From contig OZ024744.1 of assembly GCA_964016885.1 (NCBI GenBank), positions 131,750,001 through 131,814,000 on the forward strand: a stretch of DNA of 64,000 nucleotides, given 5' to 3'. Below, one piece after another: positions 1-12,400 of the stretch. Positions within the stretch are counted from its first letter, which is position 1. The number at the start of each line of letters is the position of its first letter. The stretch is from Eledone cirrhosa (lineage: Eukaryota). Made by a program: the position numbers and the translations under genes. Under the pieces are notes generated by a model, which made no database searches, was not told the DNA's origin, and saw only the letters and a program-made list of their open reading frames with translations.

Positions 1-2363
1 GTTAATTTAGGGTTAAGTTAAGTTGGGGTTAAGTTAAGTTGGGTTTAAATTAAGTTGGGGTTAAATTAAGTTGGGGTAAATTTAAGTTGGGGGTAAGTTA
101 AGTTGGGGTTAAGTTAAGTTGGGGCTGAGTTAAGTTGGGGTTGAGTTAATTTAGGGTTAAGTTAAGTTGGGGTTAAGTTAAGTTGGGTTTAAGTTAAGTT
201 GGGGTTAAATTAAGTTGGGGTTAAGTTAAGTTGGGGGTAAGTTAAGTGGGGTTAAGTTAAGTTGGGGCTAAGTTAAGTTGGGGCTGAGTTAAGTTGGGGT
301 TAAGTTAAGTTGGGGTTAAGTTAAGTTGGGGTTAAGTTAGGTTGTGGTTAAGTTAAGTTGGGGGTAAGTTAAGTTGGGGATAAGTTAAGTTGGGGTTAAT
401 TTAAGTTGGGTCTAATTAAGTTGGGGTTAAGTTAAGTTGGGGTTAAGTTAAGTTGGGATTGAGTTAAGTTGGGGTTAATTTAAGTTGGGGCTAAGTTAAT
501 TTGTGGTTAAGTTAAGTTGGGGTTAAGTTAAGTTGGGGTTAATTTAAGTTGGGGGTAAGTTAAGTTGGGGGCAAGTTAAGATGGGGTTAAGTTAAGTTGG
601 GGTTAAATTAAGTTGGGGTTAAGTTAAGTTGGTGTTAAGTTAAGTTGGGGTTGAGTTAAGTTGGGGTTAAGTTAAGTTGGGTTTATATTAAGTTGGGGTT
701 AAGTTAAGTTGGGGTTAAGTTAAGTTGGGGTTCAGTTAAGTTGCGGTTAATTTAAGTTGGGGTTAAGTTAAGTTGGGGTTAAGTTAAGTTGGGGTTAAGT
801 TAAGTTGGGGTTAAGTTAAGTTGGTGTTAAGTTAAGTTGGGGCTAAGTTAAGTTGGGGCTGAGTTAAGTTGGGGCTGAGTTAAGTTGGGGTTAAGTTAAG
901 TTGGGGTTGAGTTAAGTTGGGGTTAAGTTAAGTTGGGGTTAAGTTGAGTTGGGGTTAAGTTAAGTTGGGGTTTAGTTAAGTTGGGGTTCAGTTAAGTTGG
1001 GGTTAAGTTAAGTTTAGGTTAAGTTGGGGTTAAATTAATTTGGGGTTAAGTTAAGTTGGGGTTTAGTTAAGTTGGGGTTAAGTTAAGTTGGGGTTAATTT
1101 AAGTTGGGGTTAAGTTAAGTTGCGGGTAATTTAAGTTAGGGTTAAGTTAAATTGGGGTTAAGTTAAGTTGGGGTTAAGTTAAGTTGGGGTTAAGTTAAGT
1201 TGGGGGTAAGTTAAGTTGGGGGTAAGTTAAGTTGGGGGTAAGTTAAGTTGGGGTTAAGTTAAGTTGGGGTTGAGTTAAGTTAGGGTTAAGTTAAGTTGGG
1301 GTTGAGTTAAATTGGGGTTAAGTTAAGTTGGGGTTATGTTAAGTTGGGGTTAAGTTAAGTTGCGGTTAAGTTAAGTTGGGGTTAAGTTAAGTTGGGGTTA
1401 AGTTAAATTGGGGTTAAGTTAAGTTGGGGTTAAGTTAAGTTGGGGTTAAGTTAAGTTGGGGTTAAGTTAGATTGTGGTTAAGTTAAGTTGGGGTTAAGTT
1501 AAGTTGGGGTTAAGTTAAGTTGGGGTTAAGTTAAGGCGGGGTTAAGTTGAGTTGGTGTTAAGTTAAGTTGGGGTTAAGTTAAGTTGGGGTTGAGTTAATT
1601 TTGGGTTAACTTAAGTTGGGGGTACTTAAGTTGGGTTTAAGTTAAGTGGGGTTAAGTTAAGTTGGGGTTAAGTTAAGTTGGGGTTAAGTTAAGTTGGGAT
1701 TAAGTTAGGTTGTGGTTAAGTTAAGTTGGGGGTAAGTTAAGTTGGGGGTAAGTTAAGTTGGGGTTAATTTAAGTTGGGTCTAATTAAGTTGGGGTTAAGT
1801 TAAGTTGGGGTTAAGTTAAGTTGGGGTTGAGTTAATTTGGGGTTAACTTAAGTTGGGGGTACTTAAGTTGGGGTTAAGTTAAGTTGGGGTTAAGTTAAGT
1901 GGTGGTTATGTTAAGTTGGGGTTAAGTTAAGTTGGGGTTAATTTAAATTGGGGTTAAGTTAACTTTGTGGTTAAGTTAAGTTGGGGTTAAGTTAAGTTGG
2001 GGTTAAGTTAAGTTGGGGTTCAGTTAAGTTGCGGTTAAGTTAAGTTGGGGTTAAGTTAAGTTGGGGTCAAGTTAAGCTGGGGTTAAGTTAAGTTGGGGTT
2101 AAGTTAGGTTGGTTAGTTAAGTTGAGTTTTAGTTAAGTTGGGGTTAATTTAAGTTGGGTTTAAGTTAAGTTGGGGTTAAGTTAAGTTGGGGTTAAGTTAA
2201 GTTGGGGTTAAGTTAATTTGGGGTTCAGTTAAGTTGGGGTTAAGTCAAGTTGGGGTTAAGTTGGGGTTAAATTAATTTGGGGTAAGTTAAGTTGGGGTTA
2301 AGTTAAGTTGGGGTTAAGTTAAGTTGGGGTTAAGTTAATTTGTGGTTAAGTTAAGTTGGGGTT

Positions 2364-2788
2364 AACCCCAACTTCACTCAACCCCACCTTAACTCAACCC
2401 CAATTTAACTTAACCCCAACTTCACTCAACCCCAACTTAACTTAACCCCAACTTCACTCAACCCCAACTTAACTCAAACCCAACTTAACTTAACCCCAAC
2501 TTAACTTAACCTTAACTTAACTTAACCCCGACTTAACTTAACTTCGACTTAACTTAACCCCAACTTAACTTAACCCCAACTTAACTTAACCCCAACTTAA
2601 CTTAACCACAAATTAACTTAACCCCAACTTAAATTAACCCCAACTTAAATTAACCCCAACTTAACTTAACCCCAACTTAACTTAACCCCAACTTAACTCA
2701 CACCCAACTTAACTTACCCCCAACTTAACTTAACCCCAACTTGACTTAACCCCAACTTAACTTAACCCCAACTTAACTTAACCCCAAA
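2364..2788 (-). repeat. Inverted satellite island 1 (425 bp)
   Basis: Reads (AACCCCAACTTAACTT)n between the junctions GGGGTT|AACCCC and CCCCAAA|TTCGGGG. Confidence 0.97.
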
Positions 2789-3450
2789 TTCGGGGTTAAG
2801 TTAAGTTGGGGTTAAGTTAAGTTAGGCTTAACTTAAGTTGGGGTTAAGTTAAGTTGGGGGTAAGTTAAGTTCTGGGTAAGTTAAGTTGGGGTTAAGTTAA
2901 GTTGGGGTTAAGTTGGGGTTAAGTTAAGTTAGGGTTAAGTTAAGTTGGGGTTGAGTTAAGTTGGGGTTAAGTTAAGTTGGGGTTAAGTTAAGTTGGGGTC
3001 AAGTTAAGTTGGGGTTAAAATTAAGTTGGGGTTAAGTCAAGTTGGGGTTAAGTTAAGTTGGGGTTAATTTAGTTGGGGTTAAGTTAAGTTGGGGCTAAGT
3101 TAAGTTGGGGCTAAGTTAAGTTATGGCTAAGTTAAGTTGGGGTTAAGTTAAGTTGGGGTTAAGTTAAGTTGGGGTTAATTTAAATTGGGGTTAAGTTAAC
3201 TTTGTGGTTAAGTTAAGTTGGGGTTAAGTTAAGTTGGGGTTAAGTTAAGTTGGGGTTGAGTTAAGTTGGGGTTGAGTGAAGTTGGGGTTAAGTTAAGTTG
3301 GGGTTAAGTTAAGTTGGCGTTAAGTTAAGTTGGGGTTGAGTTAAGTTGGGGTTGAGTTAATTTAGGGTTAAGTTAAGTTGGGGTTAAGTTAAGTTGGGTT
3401 TAAATTAAGTTGGGGTTAAATTAAGTTGGGGTAAATTTAAGTTGGGGGTA

Positions 3451-6400
3451 AGTTAAGTTGGGGTTAAGTTAAGTTGGGGTTAAGTTAAGTTGGGGTTAAG
3501 TTAAGTTGGGGTTAAGTTAAGTTGGGGTCAAGTTAAGTTGGGGTTAAAATTAAGTTGGGGTTTAGTTAAGTTGGGGTTCAGTTAAGTTGGGGTTAAGATA
3601 AGTTTAGGTTAAGTTGGGGTTAAATTAATTTGGGGTTAAGTTAAGTTGGGGTTTAGTTAAGTTGGGGTTAAGTTAAGTTGGGGTTAATTTAAGTTGGGGT
3701 TAAGTTAAGTTGCGGGTAATTTAAGTTGGGGTTAAGTTAAGTTGGGGTTAAGTTAAGTTGGGGTTAAGTTAAGTTGGGGGTAAGTTAAGTTGGGGGTAAG
3801 TTAAGTTGGGGGTAAGTTAAGTTGGGGTTAAGTTAAGTTGGGGTTAAGTTAAGTTAGGGTTAAGTTAAGTTGGGGTTGAGTTAAGTTGGGGTTAATTTAA
3901 GTTGGGGTTATGTTAAGTTGGGGTTAAGTTAAATTGGGGTTAAGTTAAGTTGGGGTTAAGTTAAGTTGGGGTTAAGTTAAGTTGGGGTTAAGTTAGATTG
4001 TGGTTAAGTTAAGTTGGGGTTAAGTTAAGTTGGGGTTAATTTAAGTTGGGGTTAAGTTAAGGCGGGGTTAAGTTGAGTTGGTGTTAAGTTAAGTTGGGGT
4101 TAAGTTAAGTTGGGGTTGAGTTAATTTTGGGTTAACTTAAGTTGGGGGTACTTAAGTTGGGTTTAAGTTAAGTGGGGTTAAGTTAAGTTGGGGTTAAGTT
4201 AAGTTGGGGTTTAGTTAAGTTGGGGTTAAGTTAGGTTGTGGTTAAATAAAGTTGGGGGTAAGTTAAGTTGGGGGTAAGTTAAGTTGGGGTTAATTTAAGT
4301 TGGGTCTAATTAAGTTGGGGTTAAGTTAAGTTGGGGTTAAGTAAAGTTGGGGTTGAGTTAAGTTGGGGTTAATTTAAGTTGGGGCTAAGTTAATTTGTGG
4401 TTAAGTTAAGTTGGGGTTAAGTTAAGTTGGGGTTAAGTTAAGTTGGGGCTGAGTTAAGTTGGGGTTGAGTTAATTTAGGGTTAAGTTAAGTTGGGGTTAA
4501 GTTAAGTTGGGTTTAAGTTAAGTTGGGGTTAAATTAAGTTGGGGTTAAGTTAAGTTGGGGGTAAGTTAAGTTGGGGGCAAGTTAAGTTGGGGTTAAGTTA
4601 AGTTGGGGTTAAATTAAGTTGGGGTTAAGTTAAGTTGGTGTTAAGTTAAGTTGGGGTTTATTTAAGTTGGGGTTAATTAAGTTGGGGTTAAGTTTAGTTG
4701 GGGTTAAGTTAAGTTGGGGTTAATTTAAGTTGGGGTTGAGTTAAGTTGGGGTTAAGTTAAGTTGGGTTTATATTAAGTTGGGGTTAAGTTAAGTTGGGGT
4801 TAAGTTAAGTTGGGGTTCAGTTAAGTTGCGGTTAAGTTAAGTTGGGGTTAAGTTAAGTTGGGGTTAAGTTAAGTTGGGGTTAAGTTAAGTTGGTGTTAAG
4901 TTAAGTTGGGGCTAAGTTAAGTTGGGGCTGAGTTAAGTTGGGGCTGAGTTAAGTTGGGGTTAAGTTAAGTTGGGGTTGAGTTAAGTTGGGGTTAAGTTAA
5001 GTTGGGGTTAAGTTAAGTTGGGGTTAAGTTAAGTTGGGGTTAAGTTAAGTTGGGGTTTAGTTAAGTTGGGGTTCAGGTAAGTTGGGGTTAAGTTAAGTTT
5101 AGGTTAAGTTGGGGTTAAATTAATTTGGGTTTAAGTTAAGTTGGGGTTTAGTTAAGTTGGGCTTAAGTTAAGTTGGGGTTAATTTAAGTTGGGGTTAAGT
5201 TAAGTTGCGGGTAATTTAAGTTGGGGTTAAGTTAAGTTGGGGTTAAGTTAAGTTGGGGTTAAGTTAAGTTAGGGTTAAGTTAAGTTGGGGGTAAGTTAAG
5301 TTGGGGGTAAGTTAAGTTGGGGGTAAGTTAAGTTGGGGTTAAGTTAAGTTGGGGTTAAGTTAAGTTAGGGTTAAGTTAAGTTGGGGTTGAGTTAAATTGG
5401 GGTTAAGTTAAGTTGGGGTTATATTAAGTTGGGGTTAAGTTAAGTTGCGGTTAAGTTAAGTTGGGGTTAAGTTAAGTTGGGGTAAAGTTAAATTGGGGTT
5501 AAGTTAAGTTGGGGTTAAGTTAAGTTGGGGTTAATTTAAGTTGGGGTTAAGTTAGATTGTCGTTAAGTTAAGTTGGGGTTAAGTTAAGTTGGGGTTAAGT
5601 TAAGGCGGGGTTAAGTTGAGTTGGTGTTAAGTTAAGTTGGGGTTAAGTTAAGTTGGGGTTGAGTTAATTTTGGGTTAACTTAAGTTGGGGGTACTTAAGT
5701 TGGGTTTAAGTTAAGTGGGGTTAAGTTAAGTTGGGGTTAAGTTAAGTTGGCATTAAGTTAGGTTGTGGTTAAGTTAAGTTGGGGGTAAGTTAAGTTGGGA
5801 GTAAGTTAAGTTGGGGTTAATTTAGGTTGGGTCTAATTAAGTTGGGGTTAAGATAAGTTGGGGTTAAGTTAAGTTGGGGTTGAGTTAATTTGGGGTTAAC
5901 TTAAGTTGGGGGTACTTAAGTTGGGGTTAAGTTAAGTTGGGGTTAAGTTAAGTGGTGGTTATGTTAAGTTGGGGTTAAGTTAAGTTGGGGTTAATTTAAA
6001 TTGGGGTTAAGTTAACTTTGTGGTTAAGTTAAGTTGGGGTTAAGTTAAGTTGGGGTTCAGTTAAGTTGCGGTTAAGTTAAGTTGGGGTTAAGTTAAGTTG
6101 GGGTCAAGTTAAGCTGGGGTTAAGTTAAGTTGGGTTTAAGTTAGGTTGGTTAGTTAAGTTGAGTTTAAGTTAAGTTGGGGTTAATTTAAGTTGGGTTTAA
6201 GTTAAGTTGGGGTTCAGTTAAGTTGGGGTTAAGTTAAGTTTAGGTTAAGTTGGGGTTAAATTAATTTGGGGTTAAGTTAAGTTGGGGTTTAGTTAAGTTG
6301 GGGTTAAGTTAAGTTCGGGTTAATTTAAGTTGGGGTTAAGTTAAGTTGCGGGTAATTTAAGTTGGGGTTAAGTTAAGTTGGGGTTAAGTTAAGTTGGGGT

Positions 6401-9400
6401 TAAGTTAAGTTGGGGTTAAGTTAAGTTGGGGGTAAGTTAAGTTGGGGGTAAGTTAAGTTGGGGGTAAGTTAAGTTGGGGTTAAGTTAAGTTGGGGTTAAG
6501 TTAAGTTAGGGTTAAGTTAAGTTGGGGTTGAGTTAAGTTGGGGTTAAGTTAAGTTGGGGTTATGTTAAGTTGGGGTTAAGTTAAGTTGCGGTTAAGTTAA
6601 GTTGGGGTTAAGTTAAGTTGGGGTTAAGTTAAATTGGGGTTAAGTTAAGTTGGGGTTAAGTTAAGTTGGGGTTAAGTTAAGTTGGGGTTAAGTTAGATTG
6701 TGGTTAAGTTAAGTTGGGGTTAAGTTAAGTTGGGGTTAAGTTAAGTTGGGGTTAAGTTAAGGCGGGGTTAAGTTGAGTTGGTGTTAAGTTAAGTTGGGGT
6801 TAATTTAAGTTGGGGTTGAGTTAATTTTGGGTTAACTTAAGTTGGGGGTACTTAAGTTGGGTTTAAGTTAAGTGGGGTTAAGTTACTTTGGGGTTAAGTT
6901 AAGTTGGGGTTAAGTTAAGTTGGGGTTAAGTTAGGTTGTGGTTAAGTTAAGTTGGGGGTAAGTTAAGTTGGGGGTAAGTTAAGTTGGGGTTAATTTAAGT
7001 TGGGTCTAATTAAGTTGGGGTTAAGTTAAGTTGGGGTTAAGTTAAGTTGGGGTTGAGTTAAGTTGGTGTTAATTTAAGTTGGGGCTAAGTTAATTTGTGG
7101 TTAAGTTAAGTTGGGGTTAAGTTAAGTTGGGGTTAAGTTAAGTTGGGGCTGAGTTAAGTTGGGGTTGAGTTAATTTAGGGTTAAGTTAAGTTGGGGTTAA
7201 GTTAAGTTGGGGTTAAATTAAGTTGGGGTTAAGTTAAGTTGGGGGTAAGTTAAGTTGGGGTTAAGTTAAGTTGGGGCTAAGTTAAGTTGGGGCTGAGTTA
7301 AGTTGGGGTTAAGTTAAGTTGGGGTTAAGTTAAGTTGGGATTAAGTTAGGTTGTGGTTAAGTTAAGTTGGGGGTAAGTTAAGTTGGGGGTAAGTTAAGTT
7401 GGGGTTAATTTAAGTTGGGTCTAATTAAGTTGGGGTTAAGTTAAGTTGGGGTTAAGTTAAGTTGGGGTTGAGTTAAGTTGGGGTTAATTTAAGTTGGGGC
7501 TAAGTTAATTTGTGGTTAAGTTAAGTTGGGGTTAAGTTAAGTTGGGGTTAATTTAAGTTGGGGGTAAGTTAAGTTGGGGGCAAGTTAAGATGGGGTTAAG
7601 TTAAGTTGGGGTTAAATTAAGTTGGGGTTAAGTTAAGTTGGTGTTAAGTTAAGTTGGGGTTGAGTTAAGTTGGGGTTAAGTTAAGTTGGGTTTATATTAA
7701 GTTGGGGTTAAGTTAAGTTGGGGTTAAGTTAAGTTGGGGTTCAGTTAAGTTGCGGTTAATTTAAGTTGGGGTTAAGTTAAGTTGGGGTTAAGTTAAGTTG
7801 GGGTTAAGTTAAGTTGGGGTTAAGTTAAGTTGGTGTTAAGTTAAGTTGGGGCTAAGTTAAGTTGGGGCTGAGTTAAGTTGGGGCTGAGTTAAGTTGGGGT
7901 TAAGTTAAGTTGGGGTTGAGTTAAGTTGGGGTTAAGTTAAGTTGGGGTTAAGTTAAGTTGGGGTTAAGTTAAGTTGGGGTTAAGTTAAGTTGGGGTTTAG
8001 TTAAGTTGGGGTTCAGTTAAGTTGGGGTTAAGTTAAGTTTAGGTTAAGTTGGGGTTAAATTAATTTGGGGTTAAGTTAAGTTGGGGTTTAGTTAAGTTGG
8101 GGTTAAGTTAAGTTGGGGTTAATTTAAGTTGGGGTTAAGTTAAGTTGCGGGTAATTTAAGTTGGGGTTAAGTTAAGTTGGGGTTAAGTTAAGTTGGGGTT
8201 AAGTTAAGTTGGGGTTAAGTTAAGTTGGGGGTAAGTTAAGTTGGGGGTAAGTTAAGTTGGGGGTAAGTTAAGTTGGGGTTAAGTTAAGTTGGGGTTAAGT
8301 TAAGTTAGGGTTAAGTTAAGTTGGGGTTGAGTTAAATTGGGGTTAAGTTAAGTTGGGGTTAAGTTAAGTTGGGGTTAAGTTAAATTGGGGTTAAGTTAAG
8401 TTGGGGTTAAGTTAAGTTGGGGTTAAGTTAAGTTGGGGTTAAGTTAGATTGTGGTTAAGTTAAGTTGGGGTTAAGTTAAGTTGGGGTTAAGTTAAGTTGG
8501 GGTTAAGTTAAGGCGGGGTTAAGTTGAGTTGGTGTTAAGTTAAGTTGGGGTTAAGTTAAGTTGGGGTTGAGTTAATTTTGGGTTAACTTAAGTTGGGGGT
8601 ACTTAAGTTGGGTTTAAGTTAAGTGGGGTTAAGTTAAGTTGGGGTTAAGTTAAGTTGGGGTTAAGTTAAGTTGGGATTAAATTAGGTTGTGGTTAAGTTA
8701 AGTTGGGGGTAAGTTAAGTTGGGGGTAAGTTAAGTTGGGGTTAATTTAAGTTGGGTCTAATTAAGTTGGGGTTAAGTTAAGTTGGGGTTAAGTTAAGTTG
8801 GGGTTGAGTTAATTTGGGGTTAACTTAAGTTGGGGGTACTTAAGTTGGGGTTAAGTTAAGTTGGGGTTAAGTTAAGTGGTGGTTATGTTAAGTTGGGGTT
8901 AAGTTAAGTTGGGGTTAATTTAAATTGGGGTTAAGTTAACTTTGTGGTTAAGTTAAGTTGGGGTTAAGTTAAGTTGGGGTTAAGTTAAGTTGGGGTTCAG
9001 TTAAGTTGCGGTTAAGTTAAGTTGGGGTTAAGTTAAGTTGGGGTCAAGTTAAGCTGGGGTTAAGTTAAGTTGGGGTTAAGTTAGGTTGGTTAGTTAAGTT
9101 GAGTTTTAGTTAAGTTGGGGTTAATTTAAGTTGGGTTTAAGTTAAGTTGGGGTTAAGTTAAGTTGGGGTTAAGTTAAGTTGGGGTTAAGTTAAGTTGGGG
9201 TTAAGTTAAGTTGGGGTTAAGTTAAGTTGGGGTTAAGTTAAGTTGGGGTCAAGTTAAGTTGGGGTTAAAATTAAGTTGGGGTTTAGTTAAGTTGGGGTTC
9301 AGTTAAGTTGGGGTTAAGATAAGTTTAGGTTAAGTTGGGGTTAAATTAATTTGGGGTTAAGTTAAGTTGGGGTTTAGTTAAGTTGGGGTTAAGTTAAGTT

Positions 9401-12400
9401 GGGGTTAATTTAAGTTGGGGTTAAGTTAAGTTGCGGGTAATTTAAGTTGGGGTTAAGTTAAGTTGGGGTTAAGTTAAGTTGGGGTTAAGTTAAGTTGGGG
9501 GTAAGTTAAGTTGGGGGTAAGTTAAGTTGGGGGTAAGTTAAGTTGGGGTTAAGTTAAGTTGGGGTTAAGTTAAGTTAGGGTTAAGTTAAGTTGGGGTTGA
9601 GTTAAGTTGGGGTTAATTTAAGTTGGGGTTATGTTAAGTTGGGGTTAAGTTAAATTGGGGTTAAGTTAAGTTGGGGTTAAGTTAAGTTGGGGTTAAGTTA
9701 AGTTGGGGTTAAGTTAGATTGTGGTTAAGTTAAGTTGGGGTTAAGTTAAGTTGGGGTTAATTTAAGTTGGGGTTAAGTTAAGGCGGGGTTAAGTTGAGTT
9801 GGTGTTAAGTTAAGTTGGGGTTAAGTTAAGTTGGGGTTGAGTTAATTTTGGGTTAACTTAAGTTGGGGGTACTTAAGTTGGGTTTAAGTTAAGTGGGGTT
9901 AAGTTAAGTTGGGGTTAAGTTAAGTTGGGGTTTAGTTAAGTTGGGGTTAAGTTAGGTTGTGGTTAAGTTAAGTTGGGGGTAAGTTAAGTTGGGGGTAAGT
10001 TAAGTTGGGGTTAATTTAAGTTGGGTCTAATTAAGTTGGGGTTAAGTTAAGTTGGGGTTAAGTAAAGTTGGGGTTGAGTTAAGTTGGGGTTAATTTAAGT
10101 TGGGGCTAAGTTAATTTGTGGTTAAGTTAAGTTGGGGTTAAGTTAAGTTGGGGTTAAGTTAAGTTGGGGCTGAGTTAAGTTGGGGTTGAGTTAATTTAGG
10201 GTTAAGTTAAGTTGGGGTTAAGTTAAGTTGGGTTTAAGTTAAGTTGGGGTTAAATTAAGTTGGGGTTAAGTTAAGTTGGGGGTAAGTTAAGTTGGGGGCA
10301 AGTTAAGTTGGGGTTAAGTTAAGTTGGGGTTAAATTAAGTTGGGGTTAAGTTAAGTTGGTGTTAAGTTAAGTTGGGGTTTATTTAAGTTGGGGTTAATTA
10401 AGTTGGGGTTAAGTTTAGTTGGGGTTAAGTTAAGTTGGGGTTAATTTAAGTTGGGGTTGAGTTAAGTTGGGGTTAAGTTAAGTTGGGTTTATATTAAGTT
10501 GGGGTTAAGTTAAGTTGGGGTTAAGTTAAGTTGGGGTTCAGTTAAGTTGCGGTTAAGTTAAGTTGGGGTTAAGTTAAGTTGGGGTTAAGTTAAGTTGGGG
10601 TTAAGTTAAGTTGGTGTTAAGTTAAGTTGGGGCTAAGTTAAGTTGGGGCTGAGTTAAGTTGGGGCTGAGTTAAGTTGGGGTTAAGTTAAGTTGGGGTTGA
10701 GTTAAGTTGGGGTTAAGTTAAGTTGGGGTTAAGTTAAGTTGGGGTTAAGTTAAGTTGGGGTTAAGTTAAGTTGGGGTTTAGTTAAGTTGGGGTTCAGGTA
10801 AGTTGGGGTTAAGTTAAGTTTAGGTTAAGTTGGGGTTAAATTAATTTGGGTTTAAGTTAAGTTGGGGTTTAGTTAAGTTGGGCTTAAGTTAAGTTGGGGT
10901 TAATTTAAGTTGGGGTTAAGTTAAGTTGCGGGTAATTTAAGTTGGGGTTAAGTTAAGTTGGGGTTAAGTTAAGTTGGGGTTAAGTTAAGTTAGGGTTAAG
11001 TTAAGTTGGGGGTAAGTTAAGTTGGGGGTAAGTTAAGTTGGGGGTAAGTTAAGTTGGGGTTAAGTTAAGTTGGGGTTAAGTTAAGTTAGGGTTAAGTTAA
11101 GTTGGGGTTGAGTTAAATTGGGGTTAAGTTAAGTTGGGGTTATATTAAGTTGGGGTTAAGTTAAGTTGCGGTTAAGTTAAGTTGGGGTTAAGTTAAGTTG
11201 GGGTAAAGTTAAATTGGGGTTAAGTTAAGTTGGGGTTAAGTTAAGTTGGGGTTAATTTAAGTTGGGGTTAAGTTAGATTGTCGTTAAGTTAAGTTGGGGT
11301 TAAGTTAAGTTGGGGTTAAGTTAAGGCGGGGTTAAGTTGAGTTGGTGTTAAGTTAAGTTGGGGTTAAGTTAAGTTGGGGTTGAGTTAATTTTGGGTTAAC
11401 TTAAGTTGGGGGTACTTAAGTTGGGTTTAAGTTAAGTGGGGTTAAGTTAAGTTGGGGTTAAGTTAAGTTGGCATTAAGTTAGGTTGTGGTTAAGTTAAGT
11501 TGGGGGTAAGTTAAGTTGGGAGTAAGTTAAGTTGGGGTTAATTTAGGTTGGGTCTAATTAAGTTGGGGTTAAGATAAGTTGGGGTTAAGTTAAGTTGGGG
11601 TTGAGTTAATTTGGGGTTAACTTAAGTTGGGGGTACTTAAGTTGGGGTTAAGTTAAGTTGGGGTTAAGTTAAGTGGTGGTTATGTTAAGTTGGGGTTAAG
11701 TTAAGTTGGGGTTAATTTAAATTGGGGTTAAGTTAACTTTGTGGTTAAGTTAAGTTGGGGTTAAGTTAAGTTGGGGTTCAGTTAAGTTGCGGTTAAGTTA
11801 AGTTGGGGTTAAGTTAAGTTGGGGTCAAGTTAAGCTGGGGTTAAGTTAAGTTGGGTTTAAGTTAGGTTGGTTAGTTAAGTTGAGTTTAAGTTAAGTTGGG
11901 GTTAATTTAAGTTGGGTTTAAGTTAAGTTGGGGTTCAGTTAAGTTGGGGTTAAGTTAAGTTTAGGTTAAGTTGGGGTTAAATTAATTTGGGGTTAAGTTA
12001 AGTTGGGGTTTAGTTAAGTTGGGGTTAAGTTAAGTTCGGGTTAATTTAAGTTGGGGTTAAGTTAAGTTGCGGGTAATTTAAGTTGGGGTTAAGTTAAGTT
12101 GGGGTTAAGTTAAGTTGGGGTTAAGTTAAGTTGGGGTTAAGTTAAGTTGGGGGTAAGTTAAGTTGGGGGTAAGTTAAGTTGGGGGTAAGTTAAGTTGGGG
12201 TTAAGTTAAGTTGGGGTTAAGTTAAGTTAGGGTTAAGTTAAGTTGGGGTTGAGTTAAGTTGGGGTTAAGTTAAGTTGGGGTTATGTTAAGTTGGGGTTAA
12301 GTTAAGTTGCGGTTAAGTTAAGTTGGGGTTAAGTTAAGTTGGGGTTAAGTTAAATTGGGGTTAAGTTAAGTTGGGGTTAAGTTAAGTTGGGGTTAAGTTA

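Noticed and set aside
2526-2550. CENP-B box in the CCCCGAC..CTTCGAC CpG pair
   Set aside because: Only the TTCG core is shared. The remaining required positions (A and CGGG at fixed spacing) are absent.
2364-2788. Islands as MITE/piggyBac-like elements inserted at TTAA
   Set aside because: The island is satellite sequence only. It has no distinct terminal inverted repeats and no TTAA duplication at the right junction. All copies share the same flanks, which indicates block duplication rather than independent insertion.
2782-2795. Telomere-telomere fusion site
   Set aside because: A fusion would give one lasting G-to-C polarity switch. Here polarity reverts after 425 bp or less every time.
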